From Dimorphilus gyrociliatus (lineage: Eukaryota > Animalia > Annelida), in assembly GCA_904063045.1 (NCBI GenBank), contig CAJFCJ010000012.1, positions 2,678,335-2,742,334 on the forward strand: a DNA stretch of 64,000 nt, in the 5' to 3' direction. Of this stretch, positions 63,050 through 64,000 are shown piece by piece (the first letter of the stretch is position 1; the number at the start of each line of letters is the position of its first letter). The notes under the pieces were generated by a model. The model ran no database searches. It was not told the DNA's origin and was given only the letters and a program-made list of their open reading frames with translations. The translations under genes and the position numbers were made by a program.

Positions 63050-64000
63050 GTCTACTAGCATGATAGAATTTTCTTTTATCTGCCAATATTTGTAATTCAT
63101 ACAAACATTTTGTAGTATCTGTAGCAGTTACAAGATATGGTCCACTCCATTTGCTTGTATTTATTCTGTTCATTCCTTGACCAATGTTTTCATTTCTTAT
63201 GTGTACCCAATCACCAATTTTGTAAGTTGGAGGTTTTCTTGTAATAGCTTTATTAACTCTATCTCTATATTCCTTCTTTTTTAGAACAGATTTGCAAAGT
63301 GCTGTTGCTCTAATTCTTCAAGTTCATGTTTTCTATCAAATAAGAATTTTGTTGTTGGTTCTAATCTTGGAACTTCCATTAACAGGTCTAAAACATTTCT
63401 ATTCTTCAATCCCAAATAATATTTCATGTGGGGTTTTGCCAGTGCTTCCAACTGGAATTTGATTTAAACATGTCTGAATTAATGGTAACTGTCTTGTCCA
63501 ATCTGTTAATTGTTCCATAACTACATGTTTATGTAGTGCTCTACGAATTTCCAAATTCTTTCTTTCTACCATTCCATTACTTTGGCTATGGAATGCTGTT
63601 GTTTTAATTTTTCGTATTCCCATTGATGTCACCATTTCTGTAAAGATTTCCCCAAGAAAATTCCTTCCTTGATCTGTGAGAATTTCTTCTGGGATACCAA
63701 ATATTGGGAAATAGTTGAAAAACAAATGTTTAGAAATTTCCTCAGCTGTTTGAGTTTTTAGAGGGAATATGTTGGTAAATCTGGACATGTGGTCTATAAT
63801 GACAAGTATATACTTGTAAGAATCATGTCCAGTCAGAGGTCCCATTATGTCCATAGCTATTCTTTGCATTGGTAAAGTTGGGTGAGGTGTTTCAACCAAC
63901 AGATGTTTGTTGCCTGGTGCTCTTAATTGCTCACAAAATTTACAACTCTTTATGTGATCTTTAATTGTTTTCTTTAGCTTTGGGTGCCAGAAAGCTTGCT
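63050..64000 (-). pseudogene. Gypsy-type integrase (DDE core + GPY/F), frameshifted
   Basis: ORF 63399-63899 carries D (AMDIM), D (LTDQG) and E (MVERK); the reading frame breaks around 63399-63300. Confidence 0.9.

Larger units (their letters stand above)
61222..64000 (-). mobile_element. Decayed Ty3/Gypsy (Metaviridae-like) LTR retroelement, 3' part: integrase + env-like ORF; runs off the window end
   Basis: Integrase Zn-finger end FWHPKLKKTIKDHIKSCKFCEQ, core PMQRIAMDIMGPL...ILTDQGRNF...TTAFHSQSNGMVER, and GPY/F module KIGDWVHIR...KWSGPY. Followed by a signal peptide and a Cys-rich ectodomain. Multiple stops and frameshifts; no LTR visible. Confidence 0.93.

Noticed and set aside
1-64000. 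CRISPR arrays, rRNA, tRNA or prokaryotic operons
   Set aside because: No regularly spaced repeat-spacer array or recognisable structural RNA; spliceosomal introns show the window is eukaryotic.

Overview
AT-rich eukaryotic genomic DNA with very short GT-AG introns (about 55-80 nt), tight gene spacing and two N gaps. The gene content suggests a compact invertebrate genome, plausibly lophotrochozoan; that assignment is inference. The left two thirds (1-40.1 kb) is CpG-rich and mostly intact. It holds a divergent single-exon class A GPCR; two intact GRL101/RXFP-like receptors (SRCR-like, C-type-lectin-like, 6x LDLa, LRR, 7TM) that share a spliced cytoplasmic tail resembling a degenerate kinase C-lobe; a damaged discoidin + FAMeT-like secreted gene; an intronless bacterial-type PLP decarboxylase (HGT candidate); two tandem EGF-PAN-F-type-lectin-like genes; a 777-aa BC-box/Cul2-box + RI-type LRR gene; and a multi-pass membrane gene with PY motifs. 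Just after the stop codon of the second receptor (40130) the sequence becomes strongly CpG-depleted. That right-hand zone holds decayed and rearranged receptor fragments, a 2.9-kb near-perfect inverted duplication, a frameshifted RING/B-box-LRR gene, and the 3' part of a decayed Ty3/Gypsy element whose env-like ORF carries class III (gB/rhabdovirus G-type) fusogen motifs. I saw no rRNA, tRNA or CRISPR. All splice models and motif comparisons were done by hand, with no database searches.
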